A stretch of 64,000 bases of DNA. Source: Clostridiales bacterium. Its GTDB lineage: Bacteria; Bacillota; Clostridia; DUPQ01. The position numbers and the translations under genes are program-made. How positions within the stretch are numbered: position 1 is the first letter of the stretch; every line of letters starts with the position of its first letter. The notes beneath the pieces were generated by a model. The model saw only the letters and a list, made by a program, of their open reading frames with translations. It was not told the origin of the DNA and ran no database searches. Of this stretch, positions 53,412 through 64,000 are shown piece by piece. Location: NCBI GenBank assembly GCA_023145435.1, contig JAGLDS010000004.1:40546-104545 (forward strand), in the 5' to 3' direction.

Positions 53412-54830
53412 TTGAGGACCTCTCTCATGGCCATTTCACCACATACAAACACAAATTTATTCAATAACGTTATCGATGAATTTAAAAAACGCTTCTTCTT
53501 AATGAATAACCTTAACTTAAATTTGGAACACGGGTTACACAACTATTTGCATTTAATGAAAAATATGGATTCAACTCTTCATTCTTTTATCATTACATAT
53601 ATAACAAAGTGGCTTGAAGCATTGAATTTAAAGTTTAAAAATAATATTAATAGGACTAAAACCTATCATGTGAAATCATTTCATTCACGTACAATAATGA
53701 CTATCTTTGGTCTTATCACATATTCAAGAACCTTCTATGTAAACAAACATACAGGTAAATACTATTGCCATGTCGATTCATATCTAGGTCTTTAAAAATA
53801 TGATCATTTTGATCCATATGTAAAATCATTAGTAGTAGAAGCCGCTGCTAATGATTCTCTAGCAGGTGCAGCAAGACATGTATCTGCTATGATTGGTATA
53901 AGAGTATCTATGGAAGGCAATCCCTTATGGATTTCTAGACAAGCAGCAAAATCTTTTGTTCTTAATAGTGTAATTTCAAGACAACCAATAAAACGTAAAA
54001 AAACTACACCTAAAACCCTATTCATTATGTTAGATGAAAAGTTCATCCATACACAAAATAATAATAAAAAGGACATAATGGTAAAGCACGCTGTAGTTTT
54101 AAAAGGTATAAAGCTTGTAACCAATCATAAATCTCGTTATGAACTAATAGGTAAATATTGCCTCTCTTCTTTTGGTAATAATTTTGATGAAGATATACTT
54201 ACTTACATCAATAAGGCCTATACAACTAAGGATATAGAACATATTTACATATTGGGTGATGGTGTAGGGTGGATAAAAACTTATTCCAGGAACTTTAAAT
54301 AAGAAACAAATACGCAATCCTTTGTTCTTGATAAATTTCATTTTAAAAAAGCATTACACCTTACTAGCTTAAATAAAGATTTAGATGAGATTATGTTAAA
54401 ATATATATTAATGGATCAAAAAGAGTTTTTCAAAACAATATGTGATTCACTAGCTTTAAAATATAATCATAGATCAGAAAAAATAATTGACAAGAAAAAC
54501 TTTATCTAAATAATTACAATTCTAACAAAATAAATATTATGGGTGAAAAGAAACTTAATTTTTCTATCTTTGACATTGTTAATGAAAAGAGTCCTCCAAA
54601 GATCGGTAAATCTATTTCAATTGAACTAAGTCGGAGAATACACTAAATAAAAAACAACAAATAATAAAGTAGATAGAAAATGCAAAGGAAAGGTAATCAC
54701 TTTCTCCTTGGTATGCTCCTAATTACTTTGACGCATTAAATTCAAAAAGGTTAACCTCTAATATTGCAGTCATCTCAAAAAACTTGTATAAATCACCTGA
54801 AAACTCTCGAGAATAATCAAAAAAAACAAC
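53412..54830 (+). mobile_element. Decayed ISLre2-like transposase gene (in-frame TAA at 53796, at least one frameshift near 54300)
   Basis: Fragments ...TIFGLITYSRTFYVNKHTGKYYCHVDSYLGL*KYDHF...LFIMLDEKFIHTQ...ILGDGVGWIK and ...DKFHFKKALHL in a third frame. Locally higher GC. No intact ORF. Confidence 0.5.
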
Positions 54831-54885
54831 AATTTATGTTATTATTAGTAAATGTAATCCTTTAACTATGAAATGAGGTAGTAAC

Positions 54886-56727
54886 ATGATAGATATCATT
54901 AATTGGGACAATGTAAAATATAAGATTGAAAATATTGATTGGGCAAGTGAATTATATAAAACAACTAAAGAAAAGCTGGATCATCTTATTTTAAATTATT
55001 ATGATGATTCGTCAAGAATTGCAGCTTGGAGTCATCACTATAATTGTAGTGAATGTCAAAGTACATTGCTATTTGATATTGATAAACAAAATGAGCATAT
55101 ATGCTCTAATTGTGGCAAAGTAAATAAAAGTGAATTGCTTAATAAGGTTTGGTATAACATTTATAGAGGGTTTGTAAATAATAGTATATATAATGCAGCT
55201 ATCGTATATAAAAATACTAAAGATAAAAAATATATTACTCACATTAAAAAAGTATTAAACTTTTATTCTGATAATTATGATGATTTTGTTAGTGAACCTC
55301 CTGCTAAACGATTTGAAGGTAAAATACAAAGTCAGCATTTAGATGATGCTGTTGGAACTATGACCATTTTACTTGGTTTAGATATTATTAGAGATGAATT
55401 TACTAAAGATGAATTAAAAAAATATTATGAAAATCTATTTAAAAAACAAGCTGAAATGTATGACTTTTTTGCAAATAGGATTTATAACATTCCTGTATGG
55501 ATAAAATGTGCACAATCTATGATTGGAGTATTTTTTAACGAAGAGGAACATATTAGACGAGGTTTATATGATATTTATGGTTTAGTAGATCAATTAGAAC
55601 GTGGTGTAACAAAAGAAGGAATGTGGTATGAAGGTTCCACTGGTTATCATTTTTATACATTAACACCAATTTGTAATCTTCTATATCTATGTAAGAGACA
55701 ACAAGTGGCCATTCCCAAAATAGACTACATCTATGATACTGTTGAAAAAATGTTTGAATACCCTATTAAAATGATGTTTGCTGATAAAACATTACCTAAT
55801 CCAAACGATACTAGTCCTTCGATTAATATTAATAGATATAAAGCACAATATGAATATGCTTCTGTAATTTTTAATAATGATCTTTTTGATGAAGTTTGTT
55901 CATCTTTTTACCATGAAGAAAAAGCTGTTTCTTCATTAACTCGATTATTATTTAATCACTTTACAAACAAACGAGAAATTAGACGATATAAAAGTATTAA
56001 TAACCCTAGTTCTCATACCGCAATGTTACGAAAAGGCAATTCAGAGATATTTCTAAAACACGGTGTTTTAACTAATCTACATAGACACCCTGATACTATG
56101 AATATTGAATTGGCATTTGCAGGAGATGTGGTTTCATGTGATATAGGAAATGGTGGTTATGCTTCATCTTTATTTGTTGAATGGCAACGAAGAACCATTG
56201 CCCATAATACAGTTGTTATAGATAAAAAAGATCACTTTAAAATGTACTTACCATTAGGTGTTGTAGAAGAATTTAGAAAAGAAGATGCATATATACGTAC
56301 AAAAGCAAAAGGAATTTACGAAGCAGTCGATTTCACACGTGAATTACAAGCATATGAAAATCATGTAGTTGATAATTTCTTTGTTAATTGTTGGGGTGAA
56401 TATGTAATAGATTGGGCTTTTTATTGTAAAGGTGACATTACATTTGATTATGACTATGAAGAAGTTGATAAAATTGGTGAAAATGATGGTTACAAGCATT
56501 TAATGGATATAAAAAAGTTTAGCGGTGATAACGATTGGAAAGTATCATTTGAATTAGATGATAAGATAATAACATTATCAATGGGTGGTTTAAAAGATAC
56601 AGAAGTATTTGTTGTTAATAGTTATACAAAATCACTAAAAGATACTAGATATGGTGTAATTGTAAGAAGGAATGGTTCATCTACAACTTATAAAGCAATT
56701 TATTCATATGTACCAAAAAATAAATAA
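54886..56727 (+). CDS. Heparinase II/III-like protein with N-terminal Cys4 zinc ribbon (paralog of 1658..4021)
   Basis: CSEC-x17-CSNC ribbon. C-terminal HRHPDTMNIELAFAGD...HNTVVIDKKDH heparinase II/III signature. Confidence 0.6.
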   Translation: MIDIINWDNVKYKIENIDWASELYKTTKEKLDHLILNYYDDSSRIAAWSHHYNCSECQSTLLFDIDKQNEHICSNCGKVNKSELLNKVWYNIYRGFVNNSIYNAAIVYKNTKDKKYITHIKKVLNFYSDNYDDFVSEPPAKRFEGKIQSQHLDDAVGTMTILLGLDIIRDEFTKDELKKYYENLFKKQAEMYDFFANRIYNIPVWIKCAQSMIGVFFNEEEHIRRGLYDIYGLVDQLERGVTKEGMWYEGSTGYHFYTLTPICNLLYLCKRQQVAIPKIDYIYDTVEKMFEYPIKMMFADKTLPNPNDTSPSININRYKAQYEYASVIFNNDLFDEVCSSFYHEEKAVSSLTRLLFNHFTNKREIRRYKSINNPSSHTAMLRKGNSEIFLKHGVLTNLHRHPDTMNIELAFAGDVVSCDIGNGGYASSLFVEWQRRTIAHNTVVIDKKDHFKMYLPLGVVEEFRKEDAYIRTKAKGIYEAVDFTRELQAYENHVVDNFFVNCWGEYVIDWAFYCKGDITFDYDYEEVDKIGENDGYKHLMDIKKFSGDNDWKVSFELDDKIITLSMGGLKDTEVFVVNSYTKSLKDTRYGVIVRRNGSSTTYKAIYSYVPKNK

Positions 56728-56837
56728 AACTTATTTCTATAATTATTGTGTTGAACACATTTACAGCTGTTAATATATAAACTAACTCTATAATCTGATA
56801 TAATATTTATATAAATTTATTCATAGGGAGGTTTATT

Positions 56838-57383
56838 ATGTTTTGCACTAATTGTGGTAAAGAAATAAAAGATGATGCAAAATTCTGTGATGGTTGTGGC
56901 CAAGCAGTTAAAGTTAAAGAAGTAGAGGTTGTAGCTACTGTTCAAGAAGTAGAAGAAGTTGTAGAACCAAAAGATACTAATGAAGTTAGTGAATCTAAAG
57001 TTATTGAAGAACCAAAAAAAGCTATAGAACCTAAAAAAGCTATAGAACCTAAAAAAGCTATAGAACCTAAAAAACCAGTTGAAGCTGAAAAAACTATAAA
57101 ACCTGAAAAAATGATTAAAAAAGAAGTTTCATTAATAAAACCAATTGGTATTTTTGGATTTATATGGATGTTTTTTCTTATGGCAATACCAATTGTAAAT
57201 GTAATTGTAGTTTTAGTATGGGCATTTAGTAAAAGCAAGAATGTTAACAAGAAAAACTATGCATGGGCTGTTATAATTTTATTCCTATTTTCACTTGCAG
57301 TTTCTATATTTGCTTCCATACAAATTGGCCTAAATTTTGCTCTTATCTTTGATAATATTCAAGATATTATTAATGGTTTATAA
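56838..57383 (+). CDS. Zinc-ribbon membrane protein with tandem (E)PKKAIE repeats
   Basis: N-terminal CTNCGKEIKDDAKFCDGCGQ, then three EPKKAIE repeats, then two C-terminal TM helices. Confidence 0.6.
   Translation: MFCTNCGKEIKDDAKFCDGCGQAVKVKEVEVVATVQEVEEVVEPKDTNEVSESKVIEEPKKAIEPKKAIEPKKAIEPKKPVEAEKTIKPEKMIKKEVSLIKPIGIFGFIWMFFLMAIPIVNVIVVLVWAFSKSKNVNKKNYAWAVIILFLFSLAVSIFASIQIGLNFALIFDNIQDIINGL
57016..57069 (+). repeat. 3 x 18-bp perfect tandem repeat inside the CDS
   Basis: ccWaaaaaagctatagaa repeated three times, encoding PKKAIE. Confidence 0.8.
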
Positions 57384-57403
57384 ACATAATAAAACACAAA
57401 GAT

Positions 57404-58246
57404 TTAAAGCTCAGGATTATACTCCTGAGCTTTTTTAAATAGGTAATTGTCATTTATATTAAACTCATCATTTTTTATTTCTTCAAAATAGTTTTTTCTT
57501 AATAATTTAAAAATAGTCTCTTTATTATCGTTCCATATTTCAATCCAGTAAATAGGATCATATTTTTTAGCTAACTCTAACATCCCTTTAATTACATTTT
57601 CTTCAAACCCTTCTACATCAATTTTCACTAAATCAATTTTTTCAAGTTTTTCATTTTTCACAAATTCATCTAATGATATAAAAGATATTTCACCTTTACT
57701 GTCATATTCAACCATGGTATCACTTAAGTTCTTATTTGGTAGTTCAATTAAATTTCCTTTACCTTTTTTATCTCCAACTGCTAAAGGATATGTTTTGACA
57801 TTATGTAGATTATTAAGTTTTATATTTTTTAATAAAATTTCATAATTAATATGATGAGGTTCAAAAGAATATATTCTATTATCACTATCTAATAATGAGA
57901 AAAATATAGTATGGTTCCCAATATTAGCTCCAACATCAATAATAGTAGCTTTTTTAGGTATATAATTTTTAATAATTTCTAAATTTTCTTTTTCAAAAAA
58001 TTCATTTGTTACTATAAGATGCTTTTCAATTATTTCACCTTTTAATGGTAAGTAAAATTTAACCATTTTATCTTGCTCAAAAGGTATTAAGAAAATATGA
58101 TCTAAATGCTTTTTTCTTCTTTTATGTTCAATAATTGTTGAATTAATCTGCCACCTTGTTTCCATTATTTTTCTAATTACTTTAGGTGTGTTTTTATTAT
58201 AATATATTTTGTATCCTAATTTCATATCGTATTCCTTTTCACACAA
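57404..58246 (-). CDS. FkbM-family methyltransferase
   Basis: IIDVGANIGNHTIFFS motif. Confidence 0.7.
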   Translation of the reverse strand: MCEKEYDMKLGYKIYYNKNTPKVIRKIMETRWQINSTIIEHKRRKKHLDHIFLIPFEQDKMVKFYLPLKGEIIEKHLIVTNEFFEKENLEIIKNYIPKKATIIDVGANIGNHTIFFSLLDSDNRIYSFEPHHINYEILLKNIKLNNLHNVKTYPLAVGDKKGKGNLIELPNKNLSDTMVEYDSKGEISFISLDEFVKNEKLEKIDLVKIDVEGFEENVIKGMLELAKKYDPIYWIEIWNDNKETIFKLLRKNYFEEIKNDEFNINDNYLFKKAQEYNPEL

Positions 58247-58326
58247 TTAACATTATTTTAGTTTAGCAAATATATTACCTTGTAGCAATTTTTTTATGAT
58301 ATACTAAAAAAAAGGATGGATTAATC

Positions 58327-59394
58327 ATGGATTTTACTTCGTTAGATACTTTAACAACTTTTAAAAATTTCAAAGCAAAACGTATTAGTAGTTATGATAA
58401 AACAGGTGGTAATGCTGACTCAATATCAGTAAAAGGAAATGAAGAAAAAGTCATTGCAAACATTGAAGGTCCTGGTAAAATCAAACATATATGGTGTACA
58501 ATTTTTGGTCCTTGGGGTCCTGATGATGACAGGAACTTTGATATACATGCACTTAGAAATACACTAATAAAAATATACTGGGATAATGAGCAATTCCCTT
58601 CTATTGAATGTCCCATTGGTGACTTTTTTGGTTTAGGTCATGGGAAAGCATATACATATCAATGTGCTATCTTTAGCACTTCTTGTAATGAAGCTGTTAG
58701 TGGTCAAACAAATCCACGTGTTGCCATGAATTGTTGGCTACCAATGCCATTTTTAAAAAACGCAAAAATAGTCATTAAAAATGAACAAAAAAAGAATATT
58801 TCAATGTATTTTTATATTGATTATGAAAAGCACAATAGTTTGCCTAAAGATAGTGTATATTTACATGCTCAATTCAAGCGAATTAACCCACTTGTTCCAG
58901 TTATAAGTAATGGTAAAAACTTATCTGATAAAGATAACTATGTTATTTTAGAAGCCAAAGGTCGTGGTCATTACATAGGAACTAATATGAGTATTAATAA
59001 CTTAGGTGGTTGTTGGTGGGGTGAAGGTGATGACATGATTTTTGTTGATAGAGATAATAATGATTCATGGCCTCCTGATTTACATGGAACAGGTTCTGAA
59101 GATTATTTTTCTCATGCATGGGGTATGCAAAAAGTAAGCCATTTATATTGTGGCCAACCATGGTCTGAAGTAGATGACCACACAAATAGACATCATGATG
59201 AAGGAAAAGTATGTGTATATAGATATCATATTTTAGATCCAATACCATTTACAAAAAGCATTCGTGTTTCAATTGAACATGGTCATGCGAATGATCAAGG
59301 TAATGATTATAGTTCTGTAGCTTATTGGTATCAAGATGAACCTCACAAAAAATTTGAACCAATGGTTCCAGTTGACAAACGAATTAGTGAATAA
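58327..59394 (+). CDS. DUF2961 / GH172-family glycoside hydrolase-like protein
   Basis: N-terminal SSYDKTGGNADSISV...EGPGKIKHIWCTIF resembles the DUF2961 family. Confidence 0.55.
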   Translation: MDFTSLDTLTTFKNFKAKRISSYDKTGGNADSISVKGNEEKVIANIEGPGKIKHIWCTIFGPWGPDDDRNFDIHALRNTLIKIYWDNEQFPSIECPIGDFFGLGHGKAYTYQCAIFSTSCNEAVSGQTNPRVAMNCWLPMPFLKNAKIVIKNEQKKNISMYFYIDYEKHNSLPKDSVYLHAQFKRINPLVPVISNGKNLSDKDNYVILEAKGRGHYIGTNMSINNLGGCWWGEGDDMIFVDRDNNDSWPPDLHGTGSEDYFSHAWGMQKVSHLYCGQPWSEVDDHTNRHHDEGKVCVYRYHILDPIPFTKSIRVSIEHGHANDQGNDYSSVAYWYQDEPHKKFEPMVPVDKRISE

Positions 59395-59507
59395 ATTTTG
59401 CATATAAACTACAAATATTCTATTATTATATTAGCTATTTACATGTGACGCTCTCCACTTAAAAAGGTGGGTGGCTTATTGCCAACTATATTTAAAAGGG
59501 GATTTTT

Positions 59508-61022
59508 ATGTTTTTAATTGGGATTGATGTTGGAACCACTGGTACAAAATGCACTATCTTTAATGAAAGTGGAAATATCCTATCTTATTCATATCAAGGA
59601 TATAATATTATTATGCCTAAAAAAGGGCACTATGAACTAGACCCTAATATCGTAAAACTCTCTGTTTTAAAAATTATTAAAGATAGTGTAAAAAAAGCAG
59701 GGTCAACTGATAATGCCTATATTGCCATATCTTCTATGGGTGAAGCTTTTGTACAAATTGACAAAAATGGAGAAGTTCTTAACAATAGTATGTTATATAT
59801 CGATAATCGAGGTCAAAATGAAATAGATGAGTTGTGTGCGAAAATATGCAATAAAGATATTATGAAAAAAACTGGTCTATCACCTCATAAAATGTATTCG
59901 CTACCAAAAATAATGTGGATTAAGAATAATAATTTAAACTCATTTAAAAAAACATGGAAATTTCTATTGTATGAAGACTATATAAGTTACATTCTTACAG
60001 GTGAAACATATATTGACTATTCTCTTGCTTCTAGAACTATGGCGTTTAATGTGGTTAGTAAAAAATGGGATAGTGGAATTTTAAATCATGCAAATATTGA
60101 TGTATCGCTATTATCAACTCCTGTTCAAGCAGGGACAGTAATAGGAAAAATAAGAAAAGATATTCAAAGTGAACTTGGCTTACCTAGTAATACATATATA
60201 CTTACAGGTGGCCATGACCAAGCATGTGCAGCCCTTGGCGGTGGTGCCCTTACATCTGGTATGTCAGTAGATGGAATGGGAACAGCTGATTGTATTACAA
60301 CTGTTTTTGATAAACCTATTACTAATGAGTTAATGGAGCAATACAACTATAATTGTGAACCTCATTTAATAGCAAATAAATATATTTCTCTTGCCTATTG
60401 TAGTTCTTCTGGTTCAATTATTAAGTGGTTTAGGGATAATTTTAGTTATGAAGAAAAACAAATTGCATTAAAATCTGATAAAAACGAATATCAACTCTTA
60501 GATAGTTATGTGTCAAATGAACCTACCGGCTTAATCTTATTACCACATTTTTCAGGAAGTGGTACTCCCTATTTAGACAATCAAGCCTTAGGTGGTATAT
60601 TTGGTCTTACATTACAAACTAGTAAATATGACATATATCAATCAATTTTAGAAGGTATTACTTATGAAATGAAATATAATCTAGAATGTTTACAAGAAGC
60701 TGGTATAAATACAAAGGTTATAAAAGCATTAGGTGGAGGTGCACAGTCTGATGTTTGGTTACAAATGAAAGCAGATATTTTTAAGATACCTGTAGAACGG
60801 CCTATTATAAATGAAGCAAGCTCACTAGGTGCTGCAATGCTTTGCTTTAAAGCTGCTAAAATTCATGGCACCTTAGAAGAAGTATCAAAAAAATTAGTTA
60901 AAACTGGTAAAATATTTTATCCACGAAATGAATATCATAAAAAATATATGAAAATATATGAAAAATATAAAAAAGCATACAAAGCCATGAGGAATGTAAT
61001 GAATTCAAAGGAGATCACATAA
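59508..61022 (+). CDS. FGGY-family carbohydrate kinase
   Basis: MFLIGIDVGTTGTK N-terminus and GGGAQSDVWLQM C-terminal motif. Confidence 0.85.
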   Translation: MFLIGIDVGTTGTKCTIFNESGNILSYSYQGYNIIMPKKGHYELDPNIVKLSVLKIIKDSVKKAGSTDNAYIAISSMGEAFVQIDKNGEVLNNSMLYIDNRGQNEIDELCAKICNKDIMKKTGLSPHKMYSLPKIMWIKNNNLNSFKKTWKFLLYEDYISYILTGETYIDYSLASRTMAFNVVSKKWDSGILNHANIDVSLLSTPVQAGTVIGKIRKDIQSELGLPSNTYILTGGHDQACAALGGGALTSGMSVDGMGTADCITTVFDKPITNELMEQYNYNCEPHLIANKYISLAYCSSSGSIIKWFRDNFSYEEKQIALKSDKNEYQLLDSYVSNEPTGLILLPHFSGSGTPYLDNQALGGIFGLTLQTSKYDIYQSILEGITYEMKYNLECLQEAGINTKVIKALGGGAQSDVWLQMKADIFKIPVERPIINEASSLGAAMLCFKAAKIHGTLEEVSKKLVKTGKIFYPRNEYHKKYMKIYEKYKKAYKAMRNVMNSKEIT

Positions 61023-61023
61023 T

Positions 61024-61986
61024 ATGACACTAATTCTTAATAAAAAACAATCAAATGAGAAAATTAATCAAATGAGAGAAAAAAATGCATGTATGGCAAT
61101 ATTTTGTTCAGCAAGTCATTGGAATAGTGAAGCAATTTTATTAGCAGCTAGTAGATATGCAAAAAAAAGAGGAATAAGTGATATTCCTATTAGTATTGCA
61201 ATGACGTTTAATTATCCTCATATGCCACAAGCCAAACGAGTTACATATTCTAAAAATGCAAAATATGGGTTTATTTCAAATATGACTCACATTAATCTTT
61301 TATGTGGTCAAGATGATTCACCATATAAAAATGTATCAGTATTGCCACATTTAGATCATGCTAACCCAACTAGAGATTTATGGGCTCTAACAAGTGGTAC
61401 AGAGTATCTTTCAAGTGTCATGTTTGATACTCAAGATGTAGTTGATGAGAATGCAATAAACCTTACAAAAGAGTATGTAAAAGAATATGGTGATAAAGTA
61501 CTAATTGAAGGAATCATGGAACAATTATCAGTACTTGGAAATATTAAAATTATTAAAAATGAAGACTATATCGAAAAAGCTGTAAAGTTTGTAAAAAATA
61601 CTAATGTTGATTTTCTTGTTGCAGATTTAGGCACTGAACAACAATCAAGTTCTATCGGAAAATCAACATATTTAACAAACAGAGCAATAAACTTAACAAA
61701 AGCACTTAATAAAAAAATGTTAGTACTACATGGAACATCTTCTTTAACTAGTGATCAAATGATTAGTATAAAAGATGATGGTGTTATAAGGGTAAATATG
61801 TGGACTAGGATTGTGAGAGAAGCAGGTCAATTCGCTGCAAATAATATTGTTAATAAATATGATAAAATAAAAGATGGATATTTTGAACAAAGTGATTCAA
61901 AACAATATATTTATGATTCAATTGAAAAAGCTGCAGATATTATGGAAGAAATAATGGATATTATAGGCTATGGAAGATTAGCATAG
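61024..61986 (+). CDS. Class II (zinc) ketose-bisphosphate aldolase family protein
   Basis: LPHLDHANP motif of the class II FBA/GatY/KbaY family. Confidence 0.65.
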   Translation: MTLILNKKQSNEKINQMREKNACMAIFCSASHWNSEAILLAASRYAKKRGISDIPISIAMTFNYPHMPQAKRVTYSKNAKYGFISNMTHINLLCGQDDSPYKNVSVLPHLDHANPTRDLWALTSGTEYLSSVMFDTQDVVDENAINLTKEYVKEYGDKVLIEGIMEQLSVLGNIKIIKNEDYIEKAVKFVKNTNVDFLVADLGTEQQSSSIGKSTYLTNRAINLTKALNKKMLVLHGTSSLTSDQMISIKDDGVIRVNMWTRIVREAGQFAANNIVNKYDKIKDGYFEQSDSKQYIYDSIEKAADIMEEIMDIIGYGRLA

Positions 61987-61998
61987 AAAGGTTATATT

Positions 61999-63414
61999 AT
62001 GGAACAAGTAATACTTGGATTTTGTCCAACAAGAAGAAATTTATTTAGTGCAAAAGATGCAAGAAAGTATAAGGAAATAATTAAAAATAAGTTAAATGAT
62101 TTTCCAATAAAAGTTATTGATATTGATGATATTACTAAAGAAGGTTTATTAGTTGAAAGTACTGACTTAGATAAAGTTATAAATAAATTTAGAGAAAATA
62201 AAATTGATGCTCTATTTATTCCCCACTGTAATTTTGGTACAGAAGATTTAGTAGCTAAAACTGCAAAAGCTTTAGGTGTTCCTGTTTTATTATGGGGACC
62301 TAGAGATGAAGCACCAGATGAATTCGGATTACGATTACGCGATTCTCAATGTGGGTTGTTTGCAACTGGAAAAGTTTTAAGACGATTCAACGTTCCTTTT
62401 ACATATGTAAATAATTGTAGAGTAGAAACCTCATATTTTAGTGACTCACTTAATAGATTTATTGCCGTAGCAAATGTAGTTAAGCATTTTAAAAAAATGA
62501 GTATCTTACAAATTTCAACACGACCAAATAGTTTTTGGAGTGTAATTGCTAATGAAAGTGAATTGTTAGAAAAATTTGGTATTGAGACCTATCCTATCCC
62601 TTTAAGAGAATTAACTGATACTGCTAAGAAAATAGAAATAAGTAAAGGTGATGAATACGATAAAGCTTATGCATATATTAAAAACTCAATTAGTAAAGAC
62701 GGGAAAGAAGAAAACATCTCTAAAATGGCAGCGTTAAAATGCGCTTTAAAAGAACGAGCTGAGTTTTATAATTGTAATTCAATTGCCATACAATGTTGGA
62801 GTGCTTTACAAGATGAAATTGGTATAATGCCATGTGTTGCTAATTCAATTTTATCAGAAGAACAGCTTCCTTGTGTATGCGAAACAGATATTTGTGGAGC
62901 CGTAACTGCAGTTATGGTTCAAGCTGCTACTTTAAATGAAAAACCACATTTTTTCTCTGACTTGACTATTAGGCATCCAGAAAATGATAACGCAGAATTA
63001 TTGTGGCACTGTGGTCCATTCCCTTATTCATTAGCAAAAGATAAAAGTAAAGCAAAAGCTGCAGGACATTGGGTACTTCCAAGTGGAGCTTACGGGACAT
63101 GTGAATGGGAAATTAAAGGTGGAGACATAACCATAGCTCGCTTTGATGGTGACCATGGGAAATATAGTTTATTCACCTGTGAAGGTAAAGGAATTGATGG
63201 TCCATTTACCAGAGGTACATATGTATGGTTTGAAGTAAAAAACTGGCCACTTATAGAAAGAAAACTTGTTGAAGGTCCATATATACATCACGTAGCTGGA
63301 ATACATGGTAAATATGCTGAAATACTTTTAGAAGCATGTAAATATATTCCAGGACTAACCCCCGATCCTACTGAACCTACAATGGATGAATTAATAAATA
63401 GATGGAGTGAATAG
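61999..63414 (+). CDS. L-fucose/L-arabinose isomerase-family sugar isomerase
   Basis: 471 aa, fucose-isomerase-like N- and C-terminal domain pattern. Confidence 0.55.
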   Translation: MEQVILGFCPTRRNLFSAKDARKYKEIIKNKLNDFPIKVIDIDDITKEGLLVESTDLDKVINKFRENKIDALFIPHCNFGTEDLVAKTAKALGVPVLLWGPRDEAPDEFGLRLRDSQCGLFATGKVLRRFNVPFTYVNNCRVETSYFSDSLNRFIAVANVVKHFKKMSILQISTRPNSFWSVIANESELLEKFGIETYPIPLRELTDTAKKIEISKGDEYDKAYAYIKNSISKDGKEENISKMAALKCALKERAEFYNCNSIAIQCWSALQDEIGIMPCVANSILSEEQLPCVCETDICGAVTAVMVQAATLNEKPHFFSDLTIRHPENDNAELLWHCGPFPYSLAKDKSKAKAAGHWVLPSGAYGTCEWEIKGGDITIARFDGDHGKYSLFTCEGKGIDGPFTRGTYVWFEVKNWPLIERKLVEGPYIHHVAGIHGKYAEILLEACKYIPGLTPDPTEPTMDELINRWSE

Positions 63415-63419
63415 CAAAA

Positions 63420-64000
63420 TTATAATTTTGCTCCACCTGCACTATGAATTTCATCTAATACTAAATTAACAGATTTTATACCTTCGTTAAGGGGCGCTAT
63501 TTCAATAGCACCCTTTTCTTTTATCTTTTTAGTGAAATATTTTAATTCGTTATAATAACCACCTAATGATGATACATTACCACCTAAATCATTAGTATCA
63601 GTAAATTTTTGATTAAATTTTGGTGTAAAGCTTTCTCCATGTGTTGGATAAACAATTAATGTTGGAATTTTTGTAGAATCATAAACAATAGTGGCTTTTT
63701 CAAGTTTTACTCTATATTCCATACAAAATGGAAAAGAATCTGGGTAATCCCAACAAACTTCTGCAACCACAACCTTATTTGGATAATTATAGGTTGTAAA
63801 CATTTGTTGAATAACCCCTTTATTATTCCTAGACGCTACTGCATTAACACCATTTGGTTCTCCTAATAAATATCTTATGAAATCACTATCGTGAATGTGC
63901 ATATCAAGTGCAACAGAACCGCTTAATTGAACTTTATGAAGCCAATTATTCCATGCCCAAGTGGGTAGTGGACTAATTCTTTTAAATGTAGCAGTAATTA
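63420..64000 (-). CDS. Gfo/Idh/MocA-family oxidoreductase, C-terminal part (ORF continues past window end)
   Basis: The reading frame stays open upstream of the track's first Met through position 64000. C-terminal dimerisation-domain-like sequence. Confidence 0.55.
   Translation of the reverse strand, partial: ITATFKRISPLPTWAWNNWLHKVQLSGSVALDMHIHDSDFIRYLLGEPNGVNAVASRNNKGVIQQMFTTYNYPNKVVVAEVCWDYPDSFPFCMEYRVKLEKATIVYDSTKIPTLIVYPTHGESFTPKFNQKFTDTNDLGGNVSSLGGYYNELKYFTKKIKEKGAIEIAPLNEGIKSVNLVLDEIHSAGGAKL

Noticed and set aside
53804-54124. 106-aa minus-strand ORF inside the IS remnant
   Set aside because: It is antisense to recognisable transposase-like coding sequence and is probably spurious.

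Overview
This 64-kb window is AT-rich (~28% GC) chromosomal DNA that looks like a Clostridia-class Firmicute. The core genes are an 8-gene V-type (Ntp) ATPase operon in Enterococcus-like order, a type III glutamine synthetase, a 4-subunit 2-oxoacid:ferredoxin oxidoreductase, a galT-galK-galE Leloir operon, a DEAD-box helicase, two tandem ABC-F ATPases and several sugar-catabolic genes (GH172/DUF2961, FGGY kinase, class II aldolase, fucose-isomerase-like, Gfo/Idh/MocA). The type III glutamine synthetase has a leader with a promoter followed by a strong intrinsic terminator. Between these sits an accessory, defense-island-like stretch (~28-54 kb). It holds an AlbA_2/HATPase regulator, an ECF sigma/anti-sigma pair, a disrupted DUF1848 gene, a MazG-like gene followed by a split PD-(D/E)xK nuclease + DUF2075 helicase, an AbiEi/AbiEii module, a macro-domain (DarG-like) + vWA gene pair, a BrnT/BrnA toxin-antitoxin, and a decayed ISLre2-like transposase remnant. 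Other points of note are two cytoplasmic heparinase II/III-like paralogs with N-terminal Cys4 ribbons, and a tandem triplet of paralogous small membrane-anchored proteins. I found no rRNA, tRNA or CRISPR. Coordinates follow the supplied ORF track except where I refined a start and said so. All functional calls rest on motifs I recognised by eye, with no database search.
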